60,897 nt of DNA, taken from contig JBGALX010000012.1 in the NCBI GenBank assembly GCA_044223505.1, positions 218,174 to 279,070 on the forward strand. Direction: 5' to 3'. Position numbers and translations under genes: made by a program. This stretch comes from Myxococcaceae bacterium (lineage in GTDB: Bacteria; Myxococcota; Myxococcia; Myxococcales; Myxococcaceae). Under the pieces are notes generated by a model. It did not search any database. It saw nothing but the letters and a program-made list of their open reading frames with translations, and was not told the origin of the DNA. Each line of letters opens with the position of its first letter. Within the stretch, counting starts at the first letter, position 1. This document shows positions 45,938 to 54,351 of this stretch, piece by piece.

Positions 45938-46197
45938 CAGTTTTTCCTCGGGGTGGCTCGGCCGGCCCGGGCTCTGTGCAAGGGCTGATCCGGCGCGGAA
46001 CTCACGCGGAATCGCCGCGGTGCATGCATGCTCCACTGCCCCTGAGGGTGGAGCGCGACGCGCAAGTCGCCGTGAGCTCGCGGTCGGCCGCGCTCGAAGG
46101 CGCGCTGACACGTCAGGCAGGGGTCGAGCTTCGCGCTGTCGGCGCCGCTACTCGTGTGGGCGATCGAGCTGTCGCGCGCGCTCACGCAGCCGTCACA

Positions 46198-46983
46198 TCA
46201 CGGCACGACGGTCGTCGACTGAAGCTCGAGCTGCAGGCAGACGCTCACGGCGTCGCAGCCGAGGTCGCCGCCGCACGGCAGCGGCCGCCCGTCGACCATC
46301 GCGGTGTCAGCGCCGCCCATCAGGCCGACGACCGCGTCGAGCGCCTTCTCGGGCATGCCATCGGTCTCTCGCTCGATGATGCCGCAGATGTTCTTCGCCT
46401 TGCCCGCCGCGCACTGCGCGAGCACCTGCTCGACGAGCCCGCGCAGCTCGGCCTCGCTGTAGTAGCCGGTGAGCGTGAGCGGCACGCCGGTGATCGAGCC
46501 GTCGACCAGCCGGCCCTCGATGCGCGCCGCCTGCAGGCGGCTCTTCAGCATCAGCTCGTCGAGCACCGGCACCGGCAGCCGGAAGCCCGACGCCTCGGTC
46601 GAGAACCAGCCGTCGCGCTCGCCCGCGATGGCGCCGAACACGCCGTCGCCCTCGTCGTCGCCGGTCACGCGGAACTGCTCGGGGCTCGCCGCCTGCCGGC
46701 CGCTCTGAAAGTCGAGGCCCGCAAGCCCACCGCGCACGCGCGAGACCTCGGCCAAGAGCGCGATGCGCACGAAGCCCTCTTTCGGCTCGACGTACTGCTG
46801 GAGCCCGCCGGTGAAGAGCACGAGGTCCGACAGGCCGCCGCCCGCGTTGCGGCCCACCGTCGAGCAGCCGGCCTCGCGCGGGCTCGCCGGCACCGACAGC
46901 TTCGTGACGCGCAGCCACTCGGGCTCGGGCGCCGGCTGACCGCACGCCGCGGCCGCGAGCACGAGCAGCAGCGCCGCCCTCAC
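46198..46983 (-). CDS. Lipoprotein (261 aa), third gene of the DUF1592-DUF1552 operon.
   Basis: GTG at 46981-46983 overlaps the TGA of the DUF1552 gene. VRAALLLVLAAAACGQP has lipobox AAAC. The upstream part of track ORF 46198..48120 is an artefact. Confidence 0.6.
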   Translation of the reverse strand: MRAALLLVLAAAACGQPAPEPEWLRVTKLSVPASPREAGCSTVGRNAGGGLSDLVLFTGGLQQYVEPKEGFVRIALLAEVSRVRGGLAGLDFQSGRQAASPEQFRVTGDDEGDGVFGAIAGERDGWFSTEASGFRLPVPVLDELMLKSRLQAARIEGRLVDGSITGVPLTLTGYYSEAELRGLVEQVLAQCAAGKAKNICGIIERETDGMPEKALDAVVGLMGGADTAMVDGRPLPCGGDLGCDAVSVCLQLELQSTTVVP

Positions 46984-48260
46984 GACCAGACTCCCGGCAG
47001 CACGCGCGTCGAGTCGCCGAACCGGTCGACCCCGGCGCCCATCGCCCCCATGAACGCGAGGTAGAGGTTCGCGAGCGGCTCGGCCTGCGCGAGCCGCACG
47101 TGCTGGCCTGCGACGCTGCCGCCGCGGCCGGCGACGAGCACCGGCAGGTTCGTGTGCGCGTGCGAGTTGCCGTCTTCGACGTCGCTCGAGAAGTACGCGA
47201 CGGTGTGGTCGAGCAGCGTGCCGTTGCCCTCGGGCACGGCCTTCAGCGCCTCGAGGAGGTAGCCGAACTGGGCGACCTCCCACGTGGCGATGACGTCGAG
47301 CTTCTCGAGCTTCTCGGGGTCGTTCTGGTGGTGCGACAGCTCGTGGTGGGCGCCGCGAGCTCCGAGGAAGTCGTAGCTGCGGTTCGAGATGCCGTTCGCG
47401 AGCATGAAGCTCACCACGCGCGTGAGGTCGCAGCGCAGCGCCGTCACGATGAGGTCGATCATCTGCTTCGACTTCACGGGAATGTCGCCCTCGACTGGAG
47501 CCGTTGCGCTGCACGTGCCCGCCTCGACGCCGAGCCGCACCTCGAGCTCGCGCACGCCCGTCAGGTACTCGTCGAGCTTCGCGCGGTCTCTCGTCGACAG
47601 CCGCGACGACAGCGAGGTCGCCTCGCCGCGCACGTAGTCGAGCACGCTCGCGCGCGTGACGCGGCGGCGCTGCAGCTGCTGCTGGCTCGCCGACGCGTCT
47701 GCTCCGGCGAAGAGGCGCTCGAAGACGACGCGCGGCTCGACGAGCTTCGGCATCGGGCTCTTCGGGCCGGCCCACGAGATGTTCCGCGTGTACGCGCACG
47801 AGTAGCCGTTGTCGCAGCTGCCCTGCGACTCGCCGCCCTCGAGGCCGAGCTGCAGCGAGCGGAAGCGCGTCGCCGGGTTCAGCCGCTGCACCATCAGCTG
47901 ATCCACCGAGGTGCCGTTGGTGATGTCGGCCGCCTCGGACTTCACGACCGCCTCGCACGTGAGAAACGAGCCCGTGCCGCGCGCGTGATCGCCCGGCAGC
48001 GGGGAAGCGGCCGGCGCGTTCGACAGGCCCGTGATGACCGTCACGTGCGGCTTCACCGGAGCGAGCGGCAGCAAGAGTCGCTTGGGCTGCCACTGAGGGC
48101 CCTCGGCGTCGGGCGTCCACCCGCTCATGTTGATGCCGTTCGGCGCGAAGACCGCGACGAAGCGCATCGGCGGCGCGGTCTGCGCCAGCGACTCGAACGC
48201 CGGCAGCGCGACGAGGGCGCCGGCGCCTCCGAGAAAGGCCCTGCGGCCGAGGCGAATCAC
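46980..48260 (-). CDS. DUF1552-family protein with a Tat-type signal (426 aa).
   Basis: VIRLGRRAFLGGAGALVALPAFESLAQ (twin-arginine RRAFL). The body matches the DUF1552 pattern (...FMLANGISNRSYDFLG...HHELSHH...). GTG at 48258-48260 overlaps the TGA of the upstream DUF1592 gene. Confidence 0.78.
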   Translation of the reverse strand: MIRLGRRAFLGGAGALVALPAFESLAQTAPPMRFVAVFAPNGINMSGWTPDAEGPQWQPKRLLLPLAPVKPHVTVITGLSNAPAASPLPGDHARGTGSFLTCEAVVKSEAADITNGTSVDQLMVQRLNPATRFRSLQLGLEGGESQGSCDNGYSCAYTRNISWAGPKSPMPKLVEPRVVFERLFAGADASASQQQLQRRRVTRASVLDYVRGEATSLSSRLSTRDRAKLDEYLTGVRELEVRLGVEAGTCSATAPVEGDIPVKSKQMIDLIVTALRCDLTRVVSFMLANGISNRSYDFLGARGAHHELSHHQNDPEKLEKLDVIATWEVAQFGYLLEALKAVPEGNGTLLDHTVAYFSSDVEDGNSHAHTNLPVLVAGRGGSVAGQHVRLAQAEPLANLYLAFMGAMGAGVDRFGDSTRVLPGVWS

Positions 48261-50155
48261 GGGGCGGCTCCTCTCGCGCGGAAGACCGGCGCGTGCACGA
48301 GGGCGTCGACGAGGCCCGGCAGCGTGTGCGCTTCGGCGAGCGACTCGAGCACCGACTGCTCTTCGCCGCCCGGCGGCCGGCCCAGCGCGTAGGTGAAGAG
48401 GTGCTGCGCGATGCACAGCTCGAGGTTCGGGTCGCTCGCGACGAGCTGCGAGAGCTGCGCCGGCCCGTCGAACGAGCGCCCGTCGGGCAGCTTGCCGGTC
48501 GCGTCGATGGCGTAGCCGAGGTCGCGCTCGCGCGCCGCGCCGATGCCGTCGAAGCCCTCGAGCCCGAAGCCGATGGGGTCCATCTGCTTGTGGCACGACG
48601 CGCAGACCGGCTTGCTCACGTGCGCCTCGAGCCGCTGCCGCACGCTGCCCATCACCTGGGTCGCCGTCGGCAGCCCCTCGACGCCCGGAGGAGGAGGCGG
48701 CGGCGACTGACACAGCAGCTGGCTCAGCACCCACTTGCCGCGCTGCACCGGCGACGTGCGCGTCGGGTAGGAGGTGAACGTGAGGAAGGCGCCCTGCGTG
48801 AGCAGCCCGCGCCGCTGAGAGCCCTCGTCGAGCGTCACGCGCTGAAAGTCGTCGCCGGGCGCAGGCAGCCCGTAGTGCGCGGCGAGCGGAGCGTTCACGA
48901 ACGTGAAGTCGGCGGTGAGCAGCTCGCGCGTGGGGCGCTCGCCCGCGACGAACGCGGCGAAGAAGCGCTGCGACTGCTCGCGCATCGCGTCGCGTAAGCC
49001 TGGGCTCCACGCGGGGAACGCGTCGGGGTCGGTCTCGTGGGCCGCGAGCGCGCGCGTCGCGAGCCACTGGCCGCCGAAGTCTTCGATGAACGCCTGCGCC
49101 TTCGGGCTCTCGAGCATGCGCTTGACCTCGGCCGACAGCACCGCGGCGTCGTGCAGCCGCCCCTCGTCGGCGCGAGCCCGCAGCGGCTCGTCGGGCATGC
49201 TCGACCACAAGAGATACGAGAGCCGCGTCGCGAGCTCGTGGTCGGTCAGCCAGCGCGGGCGGCCCTCGCCGTCGGCCTCGACGCGGAAGAGGAAGTGTGG
49301 AGAGACGAGCGCGGCCTCGAGCGCCACAGCGACCGCCGCGTCGAACGGAGCGCCCGCCTCGAGCTCGGGCTCGACGAGCGCCAGCAGCGCGTCGACCTCG
49401 GCGCGCGACACCGGGCGGCGAAACGCCCGCGCCGCGAAGCCCTCGACGATGTGCCGCGCGTCCGCCGAAGCGAAGACCTGTGCGTACGCCTCGGACGGCG
49501 CCTCGAGCGGGCCCTCGAGCCGCAGCCAGTCGACGCGCGCGGCCTTCAGCGGCCCGGCCATCGGCGCGCCCGTCAGCTCGAGCGTGAGCGCGGCGGCGCC
49601 TGCTTGCGGGGCGTCGACCTCGACCGAGTAGACCTTGGGGAAGGTGTCGGCGAGCTCGAGCGTCTCGGTCGCAGCGCCGAGCGAGAGGCGCGCGGGCAGC
49701 GGCCCGCTCTCGGCGGCGGCGCGCACCGAGAGCCGGTAGCGCCCGGCGGCGGGCAGGCTCAGCTCGGCGCGGAGCTGGCCGCTCCACAGGCGCCACCAGG
49801 TGTCGCGCCAGCGGTGGCCCTCTTGCGGCTGCAGGTCTTCGGCCTGGAAGACGGCGAAGGTGCGGCTGCCGACGAGCTCGTCGACGAGCGTCTCGGCGGC
49901 CTGCGCGTAGAGCTCGGCCTGCAGCGGCGAGAGGCTGAGCGCGTCGGGGTTGTTGTCGAAGCCGTACGCGTGGTCGTCGACGGGAAAGTCGCGTGACGGG
50001 TCGAGCGTGGTGCCGAGCAGGTCTTGCACGGTGCGGCGGTACTCGGTGCGATTGAGCCGGCGCAGCGTGATGAGGCCCGGGTCGTAGGGCACGGCCGGCT
50101 CGGCGCAGGCGCTGATCAACGCCACCACAGAAAGGGCTGACCAGGCCGCTCGCAC
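48257..50155 (-). CDS. DUF1592/DUF1595/DUF1587/DUF1588/DUF1585-family lipoprotein (partner of DUF1552), about 632 aa, containing a CxxCH motif.
   Basis: Start placed at GTG 50155 (VRAAWSALSVVALISACAEP, lipobox ISAC), downstream of an intrinsic terminator. Contains the CASCHKQMDPIGFGLEGFDGIG motif characteristic of this family. Confidence 0.75.
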   Translation of the reverse strand: MRAAWSALSVVALISACAEPAVPYDPGLITLRRLNRTEYRRTVQDLLGTTLDPSRDFPVDDHAYGFDNNPDALSLSPLQAELYAQAAETLVDELVGSRTFAVFQAEDLQPQEGHRWRDTWWRLWSGQLRAELSLPAAGRYRLSVRAAAESGPLPARLSLGAATETLELADTFPKVYSVEVDAPQAGAAALTLELTGAPMAGPLKAARVDWLRLEGPLEAPSEAYAQVFASADARHIVEGFAARAFRRPVSRAEVDALLALVEPELEAGAPFDAAVAVALEAALVSPHFLFRVEADGEGRPRWLTDHELATRLSYLLWSSMPDEPLRARADEGRLHDAAVLSAEVKRMLESPKAQAFIEDFGGQWLATRALAAHETDPDAFPAWSPGLRDAMREQSQRFFAAFVAGERPTRELLTADFTFVNAPLAAHYGLPAPGDDFQRVTLDEGSQRRGLLTQGAFLTFTSYPTRTSPVQRGKWVLSQLLCQSPPPPPPGVEGLPTATQVMGSVRQRLEAHVSKPVCASCHKQMDPIGFGLEGFDGIGAARERDLGYAIDATGKLPDGRSFDGPAQLSQLVASDPNLELCIAQHLFTYALGRPPGGEEQSVLESLAEAHTLPGLVDALVHAPVFRARGAAP

Positions 50156-50234
50156 GGCGCGAGCAGTACCACAGGGTGACGAGCACCGTTCGCGCCGGGT
50201 TGGCGTGAATTGTCTGCCGTCAGTCGCCGCCCGC

Positions 50235-50286
50235 AAAAAGAAAAACCCCGGGTGTGCCGCTCCAAAGGGGCGGCCCGGCCCGGGGG
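50235..50286 (-). terminator. Rho-independent terminator on the minus strand: two-level GC hairpin followed by TTTTTCTTTTT.
   Basis: The minus strand reads CCCCGGG-[GCCGC..GCGGC inner stem]-CCCGGGG TTTTTCTTTTT. On the plus strand this appears as aaaaagaaaaa followed by the stem. Confidence 0.6.
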
Positions 50287-50516
50287 CGCTACTCACTGAA
50301 GAGGAGGCAAGGGTGGACGTTGCTGCCGACTGACGCGGCGTGCGGTGCGGGTCCGTTCAAACACCCGCGCTCCGGGGTCTCCCTTCCTTCTGCCTTCGCT
50401 CCAGCGAGGGCGAACAGGTGCAGCGCATGTGCCGCGGCGTAACCCAGCGAACCCCCGCGCTCGGCGCGGCGCGTGCGCGCAAGCGTTTCGTTTTCGGGGC
50501 GCTCGGGGCGCAACAC

Positions 50517-51164
50517 TCACGCGCGCGGCGACAAGATGAAGCCGATGGCGCGCACGAGCTCGCGAAGGCGGCGGCGCTTCCACGCCTCGGTGGTGCTCTT
50601 GCCCGTCCAGCTGTGGGGGAGCAGCGCGAAGTTCGTGATGACGAGCATGCCGACCTGCAGCACGGCGACCTCGGGGTCGAGCTCGGGCCGCACGTCGCCC
50701 GCGCGCTGGGCGCTCTTCAAGGCGTCTTCGAGGAAGCCGAACCAGGGGCGCGCGCCGGTGCGAATGCGCTCGACGGCGGCGGGGTCGTCGTCGAGCAGGA
50801 AGCGCAGGAAGACGGCGGCGGCGTGAGGCTCGGCCTCGAGGAAGTCGTTGATGTGCGAGAGAATCGTGTCGAGGCGGTCACCGCTCGAGCGCGGCAGCTC
50901 GCCCAGCAGCGTCGAGAGGCTCTGGTTCGCGCGCTCGAGCAGGTGGTCGACGATGGCGAGCTTGAGCGCCTCTTTGCTCTCGAAGTGGTACAGCACCGAC
51001 TGCTTCGCGACGCCGACCTCGGTCGCGACGTCTTGCAGCGAGATGCCGGCGAAGCCGCTCGCCGCCGTGAGCTCGGTGGCCTTCTCGAGCACCGCGGCTC
51101 GCACGTCTTGCTTCGGGCTCGTCTTCGGGCGCGTCTTCGAGGGGGCGGCGGTGCGGCGCGGCAC
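50517..51164 (-). CDS. TetR-family transcriptional regulator.
   Basis: N-terminal HTH AASGFAGISLQDVATEVGVAKQSVLYHFESKEAL is the TetR signature. Confidence 0.85.
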   Translation of the reverse strand: MPRRTAAPSKTRPKTSPKQDVRAAVLEKATELTAASGFAGISLQDVATEVGVAKQSVLYHFESKEALKLAIVDHLLERANQSLSTLLGELPRSSGDRLDTILSHINDFLEAEPHAAAVFLRFLLDDDPAAVERIRTGARPWFGFLEDALKSAQRAGDVRPELDPEVAVLQVGMLVITNFALLPHSWTGKSTTEAWKRRRLRELVRAIGFILSPRA

Positions 51165-51173
51165 CGGTCGACC

Positions 51174-52040
51174 CTACGCGAAGAACGCGCGTCTGCGGGC
51201 GACTTCCGGCAGCGACTCGAGCGTGAAGGTGCCGAAGGCGTCGAGGTCGGCGCGGCTCCAGCCGAGCGCCAGGAGCTCGCGCAGGTGGCCCGAGGTGGCG
51301 TGGGCGACCTCGGGCGCGAGCCTTCGGCCCACGGCCAGGCCGAGGGGGCCGACGGCGACGCGGTTGAACGCGACGTGACCGATCTCGTCGATGATGATCT
51401 CGATGAGCCGCGCCTCGAGGCCGTCGCGCAGCTCGGGCTGATCGGCGTAGACCTTCGCGACCCGCTCGAGCAGCCAGTTGAACGTGAACAGCCCGCCGAC
51501 CTCGGCCGCCAGCAGCACCGGGTGAAAGAACGGCGACGGCGCGTGCACGAGCGCTCCGATGAGCAGCTTCACGCCGAGCGGCGGGCGGTACGCGGCCTTC
51601 GGCGGAGCGAGCCCGAACTGGTGCGCGGCGCCGAGCAGAATGCGCGTGTGGTACTCCTCTTCCTTGATGAGCAGGCGCTCGACGCGGTCGAGCGTGTCGC
51701 CCGTCTCGGGCCGCTGGTGTCTGGCGCGCCCCACCGCCTCGACGCCGTACGCCTCGCCGGCGTTGATCTTGACGAACGCCAGCAGCGCCCTCAGCTCGGG
51801 CGAGCTGACCTCGCTCGCGTCGAAGCGGCCGAAGCCCCGCTCGAACTGCCCCTGATCGACCGCGCCCGCGTAGCGCACCGGTGAGGCGTCTGCCGCGGCC
51901 AGCCACGCCTCGCGCGGAGGGAACGCGGCCTGCGGCGCCGTGACTCCGTCGCGGCGGGCGAGGAACTGCAGGTACTCGGCCATCGCGGCGTCGCGGGGCG
52001 GCACGGGACCAAAGAACGAGGTCTGACGGGTGGTGAGCAT
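51174..52040 (-). CDS. Ferritin-like superfamily protein with two E-x-x-H motifs (putative di-iron enzyme), 288 aa.
   Basis: LIKEEEYHTRIL and IIIDEIGHVAF are spaced about 90 aa apart, as in di-iron carboxylate proteins. The stop is 9 nt from the TetR start. Confidence 0.55.
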   Translation of the reverse strand: MLTTRQTSFFGPVPPRDAAMAEYLQFLARRDGVTAPQAAFPPREAWLAAADASPVRYAGAVDQGQFERGFGRFDASEVSSPELRALLAFVKINAGEAYGVEAVGRARHQRPETGDTLDRVERLLIKEEEYHTRILLGAAHQFGLAPPKAAYRPPLGVKLLIGALVHAPSPFFHPVLLAAEVGGLFTFNWLLERVAKVYADQPELRDGLEARLIEIIIDEIGHVAFNRVAVGPLGLAVGRRLAPEVAHATSGHLRELLALGWSRADLDAFGTFTLESLPEVARRRAFFA

Positions 52041-52076
52041 GTGTCTACCAAATGGTAAACACGTGACTGACGAACG

Positions 52077-52430
52077 TCAACGCGCGGTCGAGCTCGGCCG
52101 CCAGGCCTGCGACCAGCGGGCGAGGGGCTGCAGCGCCTCGAGCAGGCGCTCGCCCTGCCGGGTGAGCCGGTAGCCGGGCTCGTGGCGGCTCTCGGCGAGC
52201 CCGGCGATGTCGGCCTGGCGCAGCTCGCGCAGACGCGTGTTGAGCGAGCTCGGTGAGAGGTCGCCGCAGCGGGCGCCCAGCTCGCGGAAGGTGAGGGGGC
52301 CGTCGCGCAGCTCCCAGATGATGCGCAGGGCGTAGCGCCGGCCGAGCAGGTCGAGGGCGGCCATGATCGGCCGCCCGGTGCTCGAGCCTCGAACGCGCCG
52401 GCCCGGCAGCGGCGTGCGCGCGGCGCTCAC
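52077..52430 (-). CDS. HxlR-family (MarR-like wHTH) transcriptional regulator, 117 aa.
   Basis: RPIMAALDLLGRRYALRIIWELRDGPLTFRELGARCGDLSPSSLNTRLRELRQADI matches the HxlR core. GTG at 52428-52430 overlaps the TGA of the upstream CMD gene. Confidence 0.75.
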   Translation of the reverse strand: MSAARTPLPGRRVRGSSTGRPIMAALDLLGRRYALRIIWELRDGPLTFRELGARCGDLSPSSLNTRLRELRQADIAGLAESRHEPGYRLTRQGERLLEALQPLARWSQAWRPSSTAR

Positions 52431-52969
52431 GGGAACCTCGCGGCCCACGGCTCGAGCGGCAGCTGCGCCGCGTTCATCACGCCCGACAGCAGCCGGTAGA
52501 AGCCCGCGAGCGCGAGCAGCTCGAGCACCTGGGCCTCGGTGAAGCGCTCGCGCAGCGCGGCCCAGGTGGCGTCGCCGACCGAGCTCGTCGCGTGCAGCTC
52601 GTCGGCGAAGCGCAGCAGCAGGGCGTCGCCGGCGCCGGCCTCGGGGCGCTCGCGCGTCGTCTGCAGCACGGCCTGCGCGTCGAGCTCGGCCAGCGCGGCG
52701 AACGCGGTGACGTGCACGCCCCACTCGTACTCGGCGCCGCAGCGCCAGCACGTGCGCAAGATGACCAGCTCGCGCTCGCGCAGCGAGACCGACGGGCGGC
52801 CGAGGAAGAGGGCTCCGAGGCCGCGCAGCCGCTCGGCCAGCGCTTCATGCCGCTGCAGCGTTCGGAACAGCACGAGCGGCTCGACGGGCGAGCCCGGCGG
52901 CATCCACTTCTTCAGCGAGGCCTCGACGGCCTCGGAGTACGGCGGCGTCAGGGGTTCGATTCGGTTCAT
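52427..52969 (-). CDS. Carboxymuconolactone decarboxylase-family (AhpD-like) protein, 180 aa.
   Basis: Internal ATG at 52969 (MNRIEPLTPPYSEAVEASLKK...). The CMD-family Cys pair is in LRTCWRCGAEYEWGVH. The upstream half of the track ORF is an artefact. Confidence 0.75.
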   Translation of the reverse strand: MNRIEPLTPPYSEAVEASLKKWMPPGSPVEPLVLFRTLQRHEALAERLRGLGALFLGRPSVSLRERELVILRTCWRCGAEYEWGVHVTAFAALAELDAQAVLQTTRERPEAGAGDALLLRFADELHATSSVGDATWAALRERFTEAQVLELLALAGFYRLLSGVMNAAQLPLEPWAARFP

Positions 52970-53216
52970 GCTACAGATGTCGTAGCGCGCTACGTTATTC
53001 GTAGCAAGTCTGACCGCTGCCTCAGGGCAGCCCGAGGCAGGCCCCTGGCTTGGCGAGGCTCGCGGCGTCGGGGTTGACGCTCGGCACGACGCACGCCTGC
53101 AGCAGGTGCGGGTCGGACGGTGCACGACGAGCGGCTCATCGATCGCTTCAGTTCGTGTCATGGGCAGAGGCGCCAACTCTCGAGCCCCGCTGCTACGGTT
53201 GCGTGCCGAGGGACCC

Positions 53217-53825
53217 ATGCTCGTGCTCACTGCGCAGGTCGCCGTCATCGCAGCGTTTCTCGTGGCCACGGTCGCGCTCGGCGTCGCCATACGCAAGAAC
53301 CCGACGAGCGAGGCCGCGTGCCGCCTGAGCCGCATCAGCCACGCCTTCTTCTGGCTGAGCCTCGTGCCGCTCTACGCGGGCGTGGTCTACCCGGGGCTCA
53401 ACCACTTCGACGAGCTTTCGGGCGCGCCGCCGCTGCCCTGGCCCGTTGCGCGCTGGCTCGTCGGCGTGCCGATGATTCTCGCGGGCCTGTACTACTCGGT
53501 CACCTCGATGCGGGCGCTGAAGAACATCGGCTCGGGGGCGATGGCGTTCAAGCTGACGAAGTCGGTCGTCGCGACCGACGTCTACACGCGCGTGCGCAAC
53601 CCGATGTCACTGGGCCTGTACCTGCAGTTCGTCGCCGTGCCACTGCTGGTCGGCTCGACCACGCTGCTGTTCGTGTGCGTGTTCCTCTACATTCCCGTGC
53701 ACGCGTTCAACCTGTGGTTCTTCGAGGAGCGCGAGCTGAGCGCGCGCCTCGGCGCCGAGTACGACGCGTATCGCGCGCGGGTGCCGTTCGTGATTCCGCG
53801 CTTCGGTGCCCTCACGCCCCGATAG
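53217..53825 (+). CDS. Isoprenylcysteine carboxyl methyltransferase (ICMT/PEMT)-family membrane methyltransferase, about 202 aa.
   Basis: Multi-TM protein with the C-terminal family motif ...VYTRVRNPMSLG...EERELSARLGAEYDAYRARVPFVIP. Internal ATG at 53217. Confidence 0.7.
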   Translation: MLVLTAQVAVIAAFLVATVALGVAIRKNPTSEAACRLSRISHAFFWLSLVPLYAGVVYPGLNHFDELSGAPPLPWPVARWLVGVPMILAGLYYSVTSMRALKNIGSGAMAFKLTKSVVATDVYTRVRNPMSLGLYLQFVAVPLLVGSTTLLFVCVFLYIPVHAFNLWFFEERELSARLGAEYDAYRARVPFVIPRFGALTPR

Positions 53826-53839
53826 CTCGCAGACGTGCT

Positions 53840-54289
53840 TCATCGCGTGAGCTTCCCGGTGATGGTCCACGCCGGGGCGGTGGCGCTCGCCTCTTCGCGC
53901 AGCTCGACGGCGCCGCTCGCCGCGTCGAAGGTCAGCGCGGGGTCGGCGCACGCGACGCGGTCCTTCTGGGCGCACAGCGCGCTCAGCGTCGCGAGAGCGG
54001 CCTTGCGGTCGACCGGGCCGCCGACGCCGCGCAGCTGAAGCCGCGCGAAATGCTCACAGAGCACGTTGCGGTACTCGGTCTTCGGGTCGGCGCAGCTCGC
54101 CGCGAGCGACGCGCGCGCCTGCTGGGGAAAGACCGCCGTGCAGCCCGAGAAGGACCACGAGGTCTTCACGCAGCGGTCGATGGTGACCGAGCGGTCTTTC
54201 GTCTGAAACCCGGTCACCGCCGGCGAGGGCGCCTCGGCAAGCGCGACGGTGGCACTACAGAACAGCCAGCACACGAGCACGCGGATCAT
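53840..54289 (-). CDS. Small secreted protein (149 aa) with six Cys.
   Basis: Internal ATG at 54289 gives MIRVLVCWLFCSATVALAEA (signal peptide). The rest of track ORF 53840..54979 is an artefact. Confidence 0.5.
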   Translation of the reverse strand: MIRVLVCWLFCSATVALAEAPSPAVTGFQTKDRSVTIDRCVKTSWSFSGCTAVFPQQARASLAASCADPKTEYRNVLCEHFARLQLRGVGGPVDRKAALATLSALCAQKDRVACADPALTFDAASGAVELREEASATAPAWTITGKLTR

Positions 54290-54351
54290 TCCCGCAAGAC
54301 CCTCGGTGTCGGCGTCACGTGCAGGCATTCGCGCTCGCAGCACGAGGCGAG

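Noticed and set aside
46984-48120. N-terminal part of track ORF 46198..48120 (-) and the upstream 640 codons of track ORF 46980..50186 (-)
   Set aside because: Arg-rich alternate frames of the DUF1552 and DUF1592 genes. Real genes start at GTGs overlapping the upstream stops (46983, 48260).
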